A stretch of DNA of 64,000 nt from contig CAXIUT010000103.1 in NCBI GenBank assembly GCA_964035545.1, positions 310,001 through 374,000 of the forward strand. Direction: 5' to 3'. Positions 24,501-40,599 of this stretch are shown here, piece by piece; the stretch's first letter is position 1, and each line of letters starts with the position of its first letter. The translations under genes and the position numbers were made by a program. The notes beneath the pieces were generated by a model, which saw only the letters and a program-made list of their open reading frames with translations, did no database searches and had not been told where the DNA came from. Source of the DNA: Bugula neritina (taxonomy: Eukaryota > Animalia > Bryozoa).

Positions 24501-27500
24501 ATAATATGCATTGTCAATTTTCACAAAGTAGCAGTCTTCAGTCAGCCCTCTCTAGTTCAAGATGGGCATCACTATACACACAAGAGTTAAGAACTTTAAT
24601 GAGTCCTGTCAGCTAACCAGCTCATGAAGTCTACACAGTTTGATTGTAGGCGTTTGCATTTGACATTAGGACTAAAGTGTTGACTACATGGAGATTTCAA
24701 CTTCAATTGTTAATCAACTAATTGTTTTGGATCTACTTGTTACATCTGGCTTACTCTTTCTGGTAGGTTTATTTCATTAACTTTCTAGACTGATTTTCTT
24801 AACTTTTTGAAGAGTTTGTTGTGATGCGAAATATTACCAAATATCTCATGGCAACATGCCAATACAGTTAACACAGTAATTAAGCACTGGTGTCTTTGAA
24901 GCAGGCATCAAGTTTTGCATAAAAAAATTTATCAAGTATCTAAACACATGCAAGTGATGAGTTTGGAGATATTATTTAAAACTACAAAAGTTTCCATGCC
25001 GCTTGTAAATCAAAAGTGGACAATTGCTGCAAACACCTCTTTTCATGGAATGACTCATTTATTTCTCATATGTTTGCAAAGGCATCTAAAATTAGTTTTT
25101 GCTCTAGCAAAATATAACACTGTGAAATGGCGCTGCAGATGAGCTTTCTCTTTTAATATGAAAACTGATGATTGAAGAGCAATATAGTCTACTAACAAAA
25201 TGGGTTTTAGCAGTGACTCATCTCCACTGCCTGTAAACTATAAAGCTTCAAATCGTATACTGTAGGCCCATGGGCCAACTCTAGCACAATAACACAATTC
25301 ACATGAGTCAGGATTGCTGGTTGTTAGAGGGGACAGGGGGGGCAGGAGAGGGGATGGGAAAATAAAACATCTAAATTCAATAGTAAAAGCGGGTGTACAA
25401 TGCAAAGGTCTTCCAGCATCACTGGTATTTCCATAATAACTGCAAGGCCAAACTTTTGCTGGTGGACAATCAGACAGAAAAACTCTTGCAAATAACAAAA
25501 CTAATATTAGCCTGTGTCTGCTTCGTATAAACACAAAGAACAAAATTTTGGGAAAGATAACTCCCAACACACCTATCTTGCAACTGGTGCTGGTGCAATG
25601 AAATTGAAGGGTTATGTTTCATAGTCATATTTTCAACTAGTACTTCTAACTGCAAAGAAATAACATTGCAGAAAAAAGTGAAGATGTGAAGCACTGTATA
25701 TTTATGGTAAGTTATAATATGCATTTTATATTATTTATTTGTCCAGAAAATAATATTATATTATATTTTATTCTACTCAGTAGTACCAACAATGAATATT
25801 TTATCATTGTTTATGGCAGTCGTGAATCTCAACAATGAATAATAATACTATGCATTGTCAATTTTCACAAAGTAGCAGTCTTCAGTCAGCCCTCTCTAGT
25901 TCAAGATGGGCATCACTATACACACAAGAGTTAAGAACTTTAATGAGTCCTGTCAGCTAACCAGCTCATGAAGTCTACACAGTTTGATTGCAGGCGTTTG
26001 CATTTGACATTAGGACTAAAGTGTTGACTACATGGAGATTTCAACTTCAATTGTTAATCAACTTGTTTTGGATCTACTTGTTACATCTGGCTTACTCTTT
26101 CTGGTAGGTTTATTTCATTAACTTTCTAGACTGATTTTCTTAACTTTCTGAAGAGTTTGCTGTGATGCGAAATATTACCAAATATCTCATGGCAACGTGC
26201 CAATACAGTTAACACAGTAATTAAGCACTGGTGTCTTTGAAGCAGGCATCAAGTTTTGCATAAAAAAATTTATCAAATCTATAAACACATGCAAGTGATG
26301 AGTTTGGAGATATTATTTAAAACTACAAAAGTTTCCATGCTGCTTGTAAATCAAAAGTGGACAATTGCTGCAAACACCTCTTTTCATAGAATCACTCATT
26401 TATTTCTCATATGTTTGCAAAGGCATCTAAAATTAGTTATTGCTCTAGCAAAATAAAACACTGTGAAATGGCGCTGCAGATGAGCTTTCTCTTTTAATAT
26501 GAAAACTGATGATTGAAGAGCAATATAGTCTACTAACAAAATGGGTTTTAGCAGTGACTCATCTCCACTGCCTGTAAACTATAAAGCTTCAAATCGTATA
26601 CTGTAGGCCCATGGGCCAACTCTAGAACAATAACACAATTCACATGAGTCAGGATTGCTGGTTGTTAGAGGGGACAGGGGGGGCAGGAGAGGGGATGGGA
26701 AAATAAAACATCTAAATTCAATAGTAAAAGCGGGTGTACAATGCAAAGGTCTTCCAGCATCACTGGTATTTCCATAATAACTGCAAGGCCAAACTTTTGC
26801 TGATGGACAATCAGACAGAAAAACTCTTGCAAATAACAAAACTAATATTAGCCTGTGTCTGCTTCGTATAAACACAAAGAACAAAATTTTGGGAAAGATA
26901 ACTCCCAACACACCTATCTTGCAACTGGTGCTGGTGCAATGAAATTGAAGGGTTATGTTTCATAGTCATATTTTCAACTAGTACTTCTAACTGCAAAGAA
27001 AAAACATTGCAGAAAAAGGTGAAGATGTGAAGCACTGTAGATTTATGGTAAGTTATAATATGCATTTGATATTATTTATTTGTCCAGAAAATAATATTAT
27101 ATTATATTTTATTCTACTCAGTAGTACCAACAATGAATATTTTATCATTGTTTATGGCAGTCGTGAATCTCAACAATGAATAATAATAATATGCATTGTC
27201 AATTTTCACAAAGTAGCAGTCTTCAGTCAGCCCTCTCTAGTTCAAGATGGGCATCACTATACACACAAGAGTTGAGAACTTTAATGAGTCCTGTCAGCTA
27301 ACCAGCTCATGAAGTCTACACAGTTTGATTGCAGGCGTTTGCATTTGACATTAGGACTAAAGTGTTGACTACATGGAGATTTCAACTTCAATTGTTAATC
27401 AACTAATTGTTTTGGATCTACTTGTTACATCTGGCTTACTCTTTCTGGTAGGTTTATTTCATTAACTTTCTAGACTGATTTTCTTAACTTTCTGAAGAGT

Positions 27501-30500
27501 TTGTTGTGATGCGAAATATTACCAAATATCTCATGGCAACATGCCAATACAGTTAACACAGTAATTAAGCACTGGTGTCTTTGAAGCAGGCATCAAGTTT
27601 TGCATAAAAAAATTTATCAAGTATCTAAACACATGCAAGTGATGAGTTTGGAGATATTATTTAAAACTACAAAAGTTTCCATGCCGCTTGTAAATCAAAA
27701 GTGGACAATTGCTGCAAACACCTCTTTTCATGGAATGACTCATTCATTTCTCATATGTTTGCAAAGGCATCTAAAATTAGTTTTTGCTCTAGCAAAATAT
27801 AACACTGTGAAATGGCGCTGCAGATGAGCTTTCTCTTTTAATATGAAAACTGATGATTGAAGAGCAATATAGTCTACTAACAAAATGGGTTTTAGCAGTG
27901 ACTCATCTCCACTGCCTGTAAACTATAAAGCTTCAAATCGTATACTGTAGGCCCATGGGCCAACTCTAGAACAATAACACAATTCACATGAGTCAGGATT
28001 GCTGGTTGTTAGAGGGGACAGGGGGGCAGGAGAGGGGATGGGAAAATAAAACATCTAAATTCAATAGTAAAGGCGGGTGTACAATGCAAAGGTCTTCCAG
28101 CATCACTGGTATTTCCATAATAACTGCAAGGCCAAACTTTTGCTGATGGACAATCAGACAGAAAAACTCTTGCAAATAACAAAACTAATATTAGCCTGTG
28201 TCTGCTTCGTATAAACACAAAGAACAAAATTTTTGGAAAGATAACTCCCAACACACCTATCTTGCAACTGGTGCTGGTGCAATGAAATTGAAGGGTTATG
28301 TTTCATAGTCATATTTTCAACTAGTACTTCTAACTGCAAAGAAATAACATTGCAGAAAAAAGTGAAGATGTGAAGCACTGTAGATTTATGGTAAGTTATA
28401 ATATGCATTTGATATTATTTATTTGTCCAGAAAATAATATTATATTATATTTTATTCTACTCAGTAGTACCAACAATGAATATTTTATCATTGTTTATGG
28501 CAGTCGTGAATCTCAACAATGAATAATAATAATATGCATTGTCAATTTTCACAAAGTAGCAGTCTTCAGTCAGCCCTCTCTAGTTCAAGATGGGCATCAC
28601 TATACACACAAGAGTTAAGAACTTTAATGAGTCCTGTCAGCTAACCAGCTCATGAAGTCTACACAGTTTGATTGCAGGCGTTTGCATTTGACATTAGGAC
28701 TAAAGTGTTGACTACATGGAGATTTCAACTTCAATTGTTAATCAACTAATTGTTTTGGATCTACTTGTTACATCTGGCTTACTCTTTCTGGTAGGTTTAT
28801 TTCATTAACTTTCTAGACTGATTTTCTTAACTTTTTGAAGAGTTTGTTGTGATGCGAAATATTACCAAATATCTCATGGCAACGTGCCAATACAGTTAAC
28901 ACAGTAATTAAGCACTGGTGTCTTTGAAGCAGGCATCAAGTTTTGCATAAAAAAATTTATCAAGTATCTAAACACATGCAAGTGATGAGTTTGGTGATAT
29001 TATTTAAAACTACAAAAGTTTCCATGCCGCTTGTAAATCAAAAGTGGACAATTGCTGCAAACACCTCTTTTCATGGAATGACTCATTTATTTCTCATATG
29101 TTTGCAAAGGCATCTAAAATTAGTTTTTGCTCTAGCAAAATATAACACTGTGAAATGGCGCTGCAGATGAGCTTTCTCTTTTAATATGAAAACTGATGAT
29201 TGAAGAGCAATATAGTCTACTAACAAAATGGGTTTTAGCAGTGACTCATCTCCACTGCCTGTAAACTATAAAGCTTCAAATCGTATACTGTAGGCCCATG
29301 GGCCAACTCTAGAACAATAACACAATTCACATGAGTCAGGATTGCTGGTTGTTAGAGGGGACAGGGGGGCAGGAGAGGGGATGGGAAAATAAAACATCTA
29401 AATTCAATAGTAAAGGCGGGTGTACAATGCAAAGGTCTTCCAGCATCACTGGTATTTCCATAATAACTGCAAGGCCAAACTTTTGCTGATGGACAATCAG
29501 ACAGAAAAACTCTTGCAAATAACAAAACTAATATTAGCCTGTGTCTGCTTCGTATAAACACAAAGAACAAAATTTTTGGAAAGATAACTCCCAACACACC
29601 TATCTTGCAACTGGTGCTGGTGCAATGAAATTGAAGGGTTATGTTTCATAGTCATATTTTCAACTAGTACTTCTAACTGCAAAGAAATAGCATTGCAGAA
29701 AAAAGTGAAGATGTGAAGCACTGTAGATTTATGGTAAGTTATAATATGCATTTGATATTATTTATTTGTCCAGAAAATAATATTATATTATATTTTATTC
29801 TACTCAGTAGTACCAACAATGAATATTTTATCATTGTTTATGGCAGTCGTGAATCTCAACAATGAATAATAATAATATGCATTGTCAATTTTCACAAAGT
29901 AGCAGTCTTCAGTCAGCCCTCTCTAGTTCAAGATGGGCATCACTATACACACAAGAGTTAAGAACTTTAATGAGTCCTGTCAGCTAACCAGCTCATGAAG
30001 TCTACACAGTTTGATTGCAGGCGTTTGCATTTGACATTAGGACTAAAGTGTTGACTACATGGAGATTTCAACTTCAATTGTTAATCAACTAATTGTTTTG
30101 GATCTACTTGTTACATCTGGCTTACTCTTTCTGGTAGGTTTATTTCATTAACTTTCTAGACTGATTTTCTTAACTTTTTGAAGAGTTTGTTGTGATGCGA
30201 AATATTACCAAATATCTCATGGCAACGTGCCAATACAGTTAACACAGTAATTAAGCACTGGTGTCTTTGAAGCAGGCATCAAGTTTTGCATAAAAAAATT
30301 TATCAAGTATCTAAACACATGCAAGTGATGAGTTTGGTGATATTATTTAAAACTACAAAAGTTTCCATGCCGCTTGTAAATCAAAAGTGGACAATTGCTG
30401 CAAACACCTCTTTTCATGGAATGACTCATTTATTTCTCATATGTTTGCAAAGGCATCTAAAATTAGTTTTTGCTCTAGCAAAATATAACACTGTGAAATG

Positions 30501-33500
30501 GCGCTGCAGATGAGCTTTCTCTTTTAATATGAAAACTGATGATTGAAGAGCAATATAGTCTACTAACAAAATGGGTTTTAGCAGTGACTCATCTCCACTG
30601 CCTGTAAACTATAAAGCTTCAAATCGTATACTGTAGGCCCATGGGCCAACTCTAGCACAATAACACAATTCACATGAGTCAGGATTGCTGGTTGTTAGAG
30701 GGGACAGGGGGGGGGGGGGGGGGGGGCAGGAGAGGGGATGGGAAAATAAAACATCTAAATTCAATAGTAAAAGCGGGTGTACAATGCAAAGGTCTTCCAG
30801 CATCACTGGTATTTCCATAATAACTGCAAGGCCAAACTTTTGCTGATGGACAATCAGACAGAAAAACTCTTACAAATAACAAAACTAATATTAGCCTGTG
30901 TCTGCTTCGTATAAACACAAAGAACAAAATTTTGGGAAAGATAACTCCCAACACACCTATCTTGCAACCGGTGCTGGTGCAATGAAATTGAAGGGCTATG
31001 TTCATAGTCCTATATTCAGCTAGTACTTCTAACTAGAAAGAAATAACATTGCCGGAAAAGTTGAAGAGGTGAAGCACTGTAGAGTTATGGCAAGTTAGAT
31101 TCTCTATATGATATTATTTATCTGTCAAGAAAATATTATATTATATTTTATTCTACTCACTAGTACCAACAATGAATATTTTATCATTGTTTATGGCAGT
31201 CGTGAATCTCAACAATGAATAATAATAATACGCATTGTCAATTTTCACAAAGTAGCAGTCTTCAGTCAGCCCTCTCTAGTTCAAGATGGGCATCACTATA
31301 CACACAAGAGTTAAGAACTTTAATGAGTCCTGTCAGCTAACCAGCTCATGAAGTCTACACAGTTTGGTTGCAGACGTTTGCATTTGACATTAGGACTAAA
31401 GTGTTGACTACATGGAGATTTCAACTTCAATTGTTAATCAACTTGTTTTGGATCTACTTGTTACATCTGGCTTACTCTCTCTGGTAGGTTTATTTCATTA
31501 ACTTTCTATACTGATTTTCTTAACTTTCTGAAGAGTTTGTTGTGATGCGAAATATTACCAAATATCTCATGGCAACATGCCAATACAGTTAACACAGTAA
31601 TTAAGCACTGGTGTCTTTGAAGCAGGCATCAAGTTTTGCATAAAAAAGTTTATCAAGTATCTAAACACATGCAAGTGATGAGTTTGGAGATATTATTTAA
31701 AACTACAAAAGTTTCCATGCCGCTTGTAAATCAAAAGTGGACAATTGCTGCAAAAACCTCTTTTCATGGAAAGACTCATTTACTTCTCATATGTTTGCAA
31801 AGGCATCTAAAATTAGTTTTTGCTCTAGCAAAATATAACACTGTGAAATGGCGCTGCAGATGAGCTTTCTCTTTTAATATGAAAACTGATGATTGAAGAG
31901 CAATATAGTCTACTAACAAAATGGGTTTTAGCAGTGACTCATCTCCACTGCCTGTAGACTATAAAGCTTCAAATCGTATACTGTAGGCCCATGGGCCAAC
32001 TCTAGAACAATAACACAATTCACATGAGTCAGGATACCTGGTTGTTAGAGGGGACAGGGGGGCAGGAGAGGGGATGGGAAAATAAAACATCTAAATTCAA
32101 TAGTAAAGGCGGGTGTACAATGCAAAGGTCTTCCAGCATCACTGGTATTTCCATAATAACTGCAAGGCCAAACTTTTGCTGATGGACAATCAGACAGAAA
32201 AACTCTTGCAAATAACAAAACTAATATTAGCCTGTGTCTGCTTCGTATAAACACAAAGAACAAAATTTTTGGAAAGATAACTCCCAACACACCTATCTTG
32301 CAACTGGTGCTGGTGCAATGAAATTGAAGGGTTATGTTTCATAGTCATATTTTCAACTAGTACTTCTAACTGCAAAGAAATAACATTGCAGAAAAAAGTG
32401 AAGATGTGAAGCACTGTAGATTTATGGTAAGTTATAATATGCATTTGATATTATTTATTTGTCCAGAAAATAATATTATATTATATTTTATTCTACTCAG
32501 TAGTACCAACAATGAATATTTTATCATTGTTTATGGCAGTCGTGAATCTCAACAATGAATAATAATAATATGCATTGTCAATTTTCACAAAGTAGCAGTC
32601 TTCAGTCAGCCCTCTCTAGTTCAAGATGGGCATCACTATACACACAAGAGTTAAGAACTTTAATGAGTCCTTTCAGCTAACCAGCTCATGAAGTCTACAC
32701 AGTTTGATTGCAGGCGTTTGCATTTGACATTAGGACTAAAGTGTTGACTACATGGAGATTTCAACTTCAATTGTTAATCAACTAATTGTTTTGGATCTAC
32801 TTGTTACATCTGGCTTACTCTTTCTGGTAGGTTTATTTCATTAACTTTCTAGACTGATTTTCTTAACTTTCTGAAGAGTTTGTTGTGATGCGAAATATTA
32901 CCAAATATCTCATGGCAACGTGCCAATACAGTTAACACAGTAATTAAGCACTGGTGTCTTTGAAGCAGGCATCAAGTTTTGCATAAAAAAATTTATCAAG
33001 TATCTAAACACATGCAAGTGATGAGTTTGGAGATATTATTTAAAACTACAAAAGTTTCCATGCCGCTTGTAAATCAAAAGTGGACAATTGCTGCAAACAC
33101 CTCTTTTCATGGAATGACTCATTTATTTCTCATATGTTTGCAAAGGCATCTAAAATTAGTTTTTGCTCTAGCAAAATATAACACTGTGAAATGGCGCTGC
33201 AGATGAGCTTTCTCTTTTAATATGAAAACTGATGATTGAAGAGCAATATAGTCTACTAACAAAATGGGTTTTAGCAGTGACTCATCTCCACTGCCTGTAG
33301 ACTATAAAGCTTCAAATCGTATACTGTAGGCCCATGGGCCAACTCTAGAACAATAACACAATTCACATGAGTCAGGATACCTGGTTGTTAGAGGGGACAG
33401 GGGGGCAGGAGAGGGGATGGGAAAATAAAACATCTAAATTCAATAGTAAAGGCGGGTGTACAATGCAAAGGTCTTCCAGCATCACTGGTATTTCCATAAT

Positions 33501-36500
33501 AACTGCAAGGCCAAACTTTTGCTGATGGACAATCAGACAGAAAAACTCTTGCAAATAACAAAACTAATATTAGCCTGTGTCTGCTTCGTATAAACACAAA
33601 GAACAAAATTTTTGGAAAGATAACTCCCAACACACCTATCTTGCAACTGGTGCTGGTGCAATGAAATTGAAGGGTTATGTTTCATAGTCATATTTTCAAC
33701 TAGTACTTCTAACTGCAAAGAAATAACATTGCAGAAAAAAGTGAAGATGTGAAGCACTGTAGATTTATGGTAAGTTATAATATGCATTTGATATTATTTA
33801 TTTGTCCAGAAAATAATATTATATTATATTTTATTCTACTCAGTAGTACCAACAATGAATATTTTATCATTGTTTATGGCAGTCATGAATCTCAACAATG
33901 AATAATAATAATACGCATTGTCAATTTTCACAAAGTAGCAGTCTTCAGTCAGCCCTCTCTAGTTCAAGATGGGCATCACTATACACACAAGAGTTAAGAA
34001 CTTTAATGAGTCCTGTCAGCTAACCAGCTCATGAAGTCTACACAGTTTGGTTGCAGACGTTTGCATTTGACATTAGGACTAAAGTGTTGACTACATGGAG
34101 ATTTCAACTTCAATTGTTAATCAACTTGTTTTGGATCTACTTGTTACATCTGGCTTACTCTCTCTGGTAGGTTTATTTCATTAACTTTCTATACTGATTT
34201 TCTTAACTTTCTGAAGAGTTTGTTGTGATGCGAAATATTACCAAATATCTCATGGCAACATGCCAATACAGTTAACACAGTAATTAAGCACTGGTGTCTT
34301 TGAAGCAGGCATCAAGTTTTGCATAAAAAAGTTTATCAAGTATCTAAACACATGCAAGTGATGAGTTTGGAGATATTATTTAAAACTACAAAAGTTTCCA
34401 TGCCGCTTGTAAATCAAAAGTGGACAATTGCTGCAAAAACCTCTTTTCATGGAAAGACTCATTTACTTCTCATATGTTTGCAAAGGCATCTAAAATTAGT
34501 TTTTGCTCTAGCAAAATATAACACTGTGAAATGGCGCTGCAGATGAGCTTTCTCTTTTAATATGAAAACTGATGATTGAAGAGCAATATAGTCTACTAAC
34601 AAAATGGGTTTTAGCAGTGACTCATCTCCACTGCCTGTAGACTATAAAGCTTCAAATCGTATACTGTAGGCCCATGGGCCAACTCTAGAACAATAACACA
34701 ATTCACATGAGTCAGGATACCTGGTTGTTAGAGGGGACAGGGGGGCAGGAGAGGGGATGGGAAAATAAAACATCTAAATTCAATAGTAAAGGCGGGTGTA
34801 CAATGCAAAGGTCTTCCAGCATCACTGGTATTTCCATAATAACTGCAAGGCCAAACTTTTGCTGATGGACAATCAGACAGAAAAACTCTTGCAAATAACA
34901 AAACTAATATTAGCCTGTGTCTGCTTCGTATAAACACAAAGAACAAAATTTTTGGAAAGATAACTCCCAACACACCTATCTTGCAACTGGTGCTGGTGCA
35001 ATGAAATTGAAGGGTTATGTTTCATAGTCATATTTTCAACTAGTACTTCTAACTGCAAAGAAATAACATTGCAGAAAAAAGTGAAGATGTGAAGCACTGT
35101 AGATTTATGGTAAGTTATAATATGCATTTGATATTATTTATTTGTCCAGAAAATAATATTATATTATATTTTATTCTACTCAGTAGTACCAACAATGAAT
35201 ATTTTATCATTGTTTATGGCAGTCGTGAATCTCAACAATGAATAATAATAATATGCATTGTCAATTTTCACAAAGTAGCAGTCTTCAGTCAGCCCTCTCT
35301 AGTTCAAGATGGGCATCACTATACACACAAGAGTTAAGAACTTTAATGAGTCCTTTCAGCTAACCAGCTCATGAAGTCTACACAGTTTATTGCAGGCGTT
35401 TGCATTTGACATTAGGACTAAAGTGTTGACTACATGGAGATTTCAACTTCAATTGTTAATCAACTAATTGTTTTGGATCTACTTGTTACATCTGGCTTAC
35501 TCTTTCTGGTAGGTTTATTTCATTAACTTTCTAGACTGATTTTCTTAACTTTCTGAAGAGTTTGTTGTGATGCGAAATATTACCAAATATCTCATGGCAA
35601 CGTGCCAATACAGTTAACACAGTAATTAAGCACTGGTGTCTTTGAAGCAGGCATCAAGTTTTGCATAAAAAAATTTATCAAGTATCTAAACACATGCAAG
35701 TGATGAGTTTGGAGATATTATTTAAAACTACAAAAGTTTCCATGCCGCTTGTAAATCAAAAGTGGACAATTGCTGCAAACACCTCTTTTCATGGAATGAC
35801 TCATTTATTTCTCATATGTTTGCAAAGGCATCTAAAATTAGTTTTTGCTCTAGCAAAATATAACACTGTGAAATGGCGCTGCAGATGAGCTTTCTCTTTT
35901 AATATGAAAACTGATGATTGAAGAGCAATATAGTCTACTAACAAAATGGGTTTTAGCAGTGACTCATCTCCACTGCCTGTAAACTATAAAGCTTCAAATC
36001 GTATACTGTAGGCCCATGGGCCAACTCTAGCACAATAACACAATTCACATGAGTCAGGATTGCTGGTTGTTAGAGGGGACAGGGGGGGCAGGAGAGGGGA
36101 TGGGAAAATAAAACATCTAAATTCAATAGTAAAAGCGGGTGTACAATGCAAAGGTCTTCCAGCATCACTGGTATTTCCATAATAACTGCAAGGCCAAACT
36201 TTTGCTGATGGACAATCAGACAGAAAAACTCTTGCAAATAACAAAACTAATATTAGCCTGTGTCTGCTTCTTATAAACACAAAGAACAAAATTTTGGGAA
36301 AGATAACTCCCAACACACCTATCTTGCAACTGGTGCTGGTGCAATGAAATTGAAGGGTTATGTTTCATAGTCATATTTTCAACTAGTACTTCTAACTGCA
36401 AAGAAATAACATTGCAGAAAAAAGTGAAGATGTGAAGCACTGTAGATTTATGGTAAGTTATAATATGCATTTGATATTATTTATTTGTCCAGAAAATAAT

Positions 36501-39500
36501 ATTATATTATATTTTATTCTACTCAGTAGTACCAACAATGAATATTTTATCATTGTTTATGGCAGTCGTGAATCTCAACAATGAATAATAATAATATGCA
36601 TTGTCAATTTTCACAAAGTAGCAGTCTTCAGTCAGCCCTCTCTAGTTCAAGATGGGCATCACTATACACACAAGAGTTAAGAACTTTAATGAGTCCTGTC
36701 AGCTAACCAGCTCATGAAGTCTACACAGTTTGATTGCAGGCGTTTGCATTTGACATTAGGACTAAAGTGTTGACTACATGGAGATTTCAACTTCAATTGT
36801 TAATCAACTAATTGTTTTGGATCTACTTGTTACATCTGGCTTACTCTTTCTGGTAGGTTTATTTCATTAACTTTCTAGACTGATTTTCTTAACTTTCTGA
36901 AGAGTTTGTTGTGATGCGAAATATTACCAAATATCTCATGGCAACGTGCCAATACAGTTAACACAGTAATTAAGCACTGGTGTCTTTGAAGCAGGCATCA
37001 AGTTTTGCATAAAAAAATTTATCAAGTATCTAAACACATGCAAGTGATGAGTTTGGAGATATTATTTAAAACTACAAAAGTTTCCATGCCGCTTGTAAAT
37101 CAAAAGTGGACAATTGCTGCAAACACCTCTTTTCATGGAATGACTCATTTATTTCTCATATGTTTGCAAAGGCATCTAAAATTAGTTTTTGCTCTAGCAA
37201 AATATAACACTGTGAAATGGCGCTGCAGATGAGCTTTCTCTTTTAATATGAAAACTGATGATTGAAGAGCAATATAGTCTACTAACAAAATGGGTTTTAG
37301 CAGTGACTCATCTCCACTGCCTGTAAACTATAAAGCTTCAAATCGTATACTGTAGGCTCATGGGCCAACTCTAGAACAATAACACAATTCACATGAGTCA
37401 GGATTGCTGGTTGTTAGAGGGCACAGGGGGGGGGGGGGGGCAGGAGAGGGGATGGGAAAATAAAACATCTAAATTCAATAGTAAAGGCGGGTGTACAATG
37501 CAAAGGTCTTCCAGCATCACTGGTATTTCCATAATAACTGCAAGGCCAAACTTTTGCTGATGGACAATCAGACAGAAAAACTCTTGCAAATAACAAAACT
37601 AATATTAGCCTGTGTCTGCTTCGTATAAACACAAAGAACAAAATTTTGGGAAAGATAACTCCCAACACACCTATCTTGCAACCGGTGCTGGTGCAATGAA
37701 ATTGAAGGGCTATGTTCATAGTCCTATATTCAGCTAGTACTTCTAACTAGAAAGAAATAACATTGCCGGAGAAGTTGAAGAGGTGAAGCACTGTAGAGTT
37801 ATGGCAAGTTAGATTCTCTATATGATATTATTTATCTGTCAAGAAAATATTATATTATATTTTATTCTACTCACTAGTACCAACAATGAATATTTTATCA
37901 TTGTTTATGGCAGTCGTGAATCTCAACAATGAATAATAATAATACGCATTGTCAATTTTCACAAAGTAGCAGTCTTCAGTCAGCCCTCTCTAGTTCAAGA
38001 TGGGCATCACTATACACACAAGAGTTAAGAACTTTAATGAGTCCTGTCAGCTAACCAGCTCATGAAGTCTACACAGTTTGGTTGCAGACGTTTGCATTTG
38101 ACATTAGGACTAAAGTGTTGACTACATGGAGATTTCAACTTCAATTGTTAATCAACTTGTTTTGGATCTACTTGTTACATCTGGCTTACTCTCTCTGGTA
38201 GGTTTATTTCATTAACTTTCTATACTGATTTTCTTAACTTTCTGAAGAGTTTGTTGTGATGCGAAATATTACCAAATATCTCATGGCAACATGCCAATAC
38301 AGTTAACACAGTAATTAAGCACTGGTGTCTTTGAAGCAGGCATCAAGTTTTGCATAAAAAAATTTATCAAGTATCTAAACACATGCAAGTGATGAGTTTG
38401 GAGATATTATTTAAAACTACAAAAGTTTCCATGCCGCTTGTAAATCAAAAGTGGACAATTGCTGCAAACACCTCTTTTCATGGAATGACTCATTTATTTC
38501 TCATATGTTTGCAAAGGCATCTAAAATTAGTTTTTGCTCTAGCAAAATATAACACTGTGAAATGGCGCTGCAGATGAGCTTTCTCTTTTAATATGAAAAC
38601 TGATGATTGAAGAGCAATATAGTCTACTAACAAAATGGGTTTTAGCAGTGACTCATCTCCACTGCCTGTAAACTATAAAGCTTCAAATCGTATACTGTAG
38701 GCCCATGGGCCAACTCTAGCACAATAACACAATTCACATGAGTCAGGATTGCTGGTTGTTAGAGGAGACAGGGGGGGCAGGAGAGGGGATGGGATAATAA
38801 AACATCTAAATTCAATAGTAAAAGCGGGTGTACAATGCAAAGGTCTTCCAGCATCACTGGTATTTCCATAATAACTGCAAGGCCAAACTTTTGCTGATGG
38901 ACAATCAGACAGAAAAACTCTTGCAAATAACAAAACTAATATTAGCCTGTGTCTGCTTCGTATAAACACAAAGAACAAAATTTTGGGAAAGATAACTCCC
39001 AACACACCTATCTTGCAACTGGTGCTGGTGCAATGAAATTGAAGGGTTATGTTTCATAGTCATATTTTCAACTAGTACTTCTAACTGCAAAGAAATAACA
39101 TTGCAGAAAAAAGTGAAGATGTGAAGCACTGTAGATTTATGGTAAGTTATAATATGCATTTGATATTATTTATTTGTCCAGAAAATAATATTATATTATA
39201 TTTTATTCTACTCAGTAGTACCAACAATGAATATTTTATCATTGTTTATGGCAGTCGTGAATCTCAACAATGAATAATAATAATATGCATTGTCAATTTT
39301 CACAAAGTAGCAGTCTTCAGTCAGCCCTCTCTAGTTCAAGATGGGCATCACTATACACACAAGAGTTAAGAACTTTAATGAGTCCTGTCAGCTAACCAGC
39401 TCATGAAGTCTACACAGTTTGATTGCAGGCGTTTGCATTTGACATTAGGACTAAAGTGTTGACTACATGGAGACTTCAACTTCAATTGTTAATCAACTAA

Positions 39501-40599
39501 TTGTTTTGGATCTACTTGTTACATCTGGCTTACTCTTTCTGGTAGGTTTATTTCATTAACTTTCTAGACTGATTTTCTTAACTTTCTGAAGAGTTTGTTG
39601 TGATGCGAAATATTACCAAATATCTCATGGCAACGTGCCAATACAGTTAACACAGTAATTAAGCACTGGTGTCTTTGAAGCAGGCATCAAGTTTTGCATG
39701 AAAAAATTTATCAAGTATCTAAACACATGCAAGTGATGAGTTTGGAGATATTATTTAAAACTACAAAAGTTTCCATGCCGCTTGTAAATCAAAAGTGGAC
39801 AATTGCTGCAAACACCTCTTTTCATGGAATGACTCATTTATTTCTCATATGTTTGCAAAGGCATCTAAAATTATTTATTGCTCTAGCAAAATAAAACACT
39901 GTGAAATGGCGCTGCAGATGAGCTTTCTCTTTTAATATGAAAACTGATGATTGAAGAGCAATATAGTCTACTAACAAAATGGGTTTTAGCAGTGACTCAT
40001 CTCCACTGCCTGTAAACTATAAAGCTTCAAATCGTATACTGTAGGCCCATGGGCCAACTCTAGCACAATAACACAATTCACATGAGTCAGGATTGCTGGT
40101 TGTTAGAGGGGACAGGGGGGGCAGGAGAGGGGATGGGATAATAAAACATCTAAATTCAATAGTAAAAGCGGGTGTACAATGCAAAGGTCTTCCAGCATCA
40201 CTGGTATTTCCATAATAACTGCAAGGCCAAACTTTTGCTGATGGACAATCAGACAGAAAAACTCTTGCAAATAACAAAACTAATATTAGCCTGTGTCTGC
40301 TTCTTATAAACACAAAGAACAAAATTTTGGGAAAGATAACTCCCAACACACCTATCTTGCAACTGGTGCTGGTGCAATGAAATTGAAGGGTTATGTTTCA
40401 TAGTCATATTTTCAACTAGTACTTCTAACTGCAAAGAAATAACATTGCAGAAAAAAGTGAAGATGTGAAGCACTGTAGATTTATGGTAAGTTATAATATG
40501 CATTTGATATTATTTATTTGTCCAGAAAATAATATTATATTATATTTTATTCTACTCAGTAGTACCAACAATGAATATTTTATCATTGTTTATGGCAGT

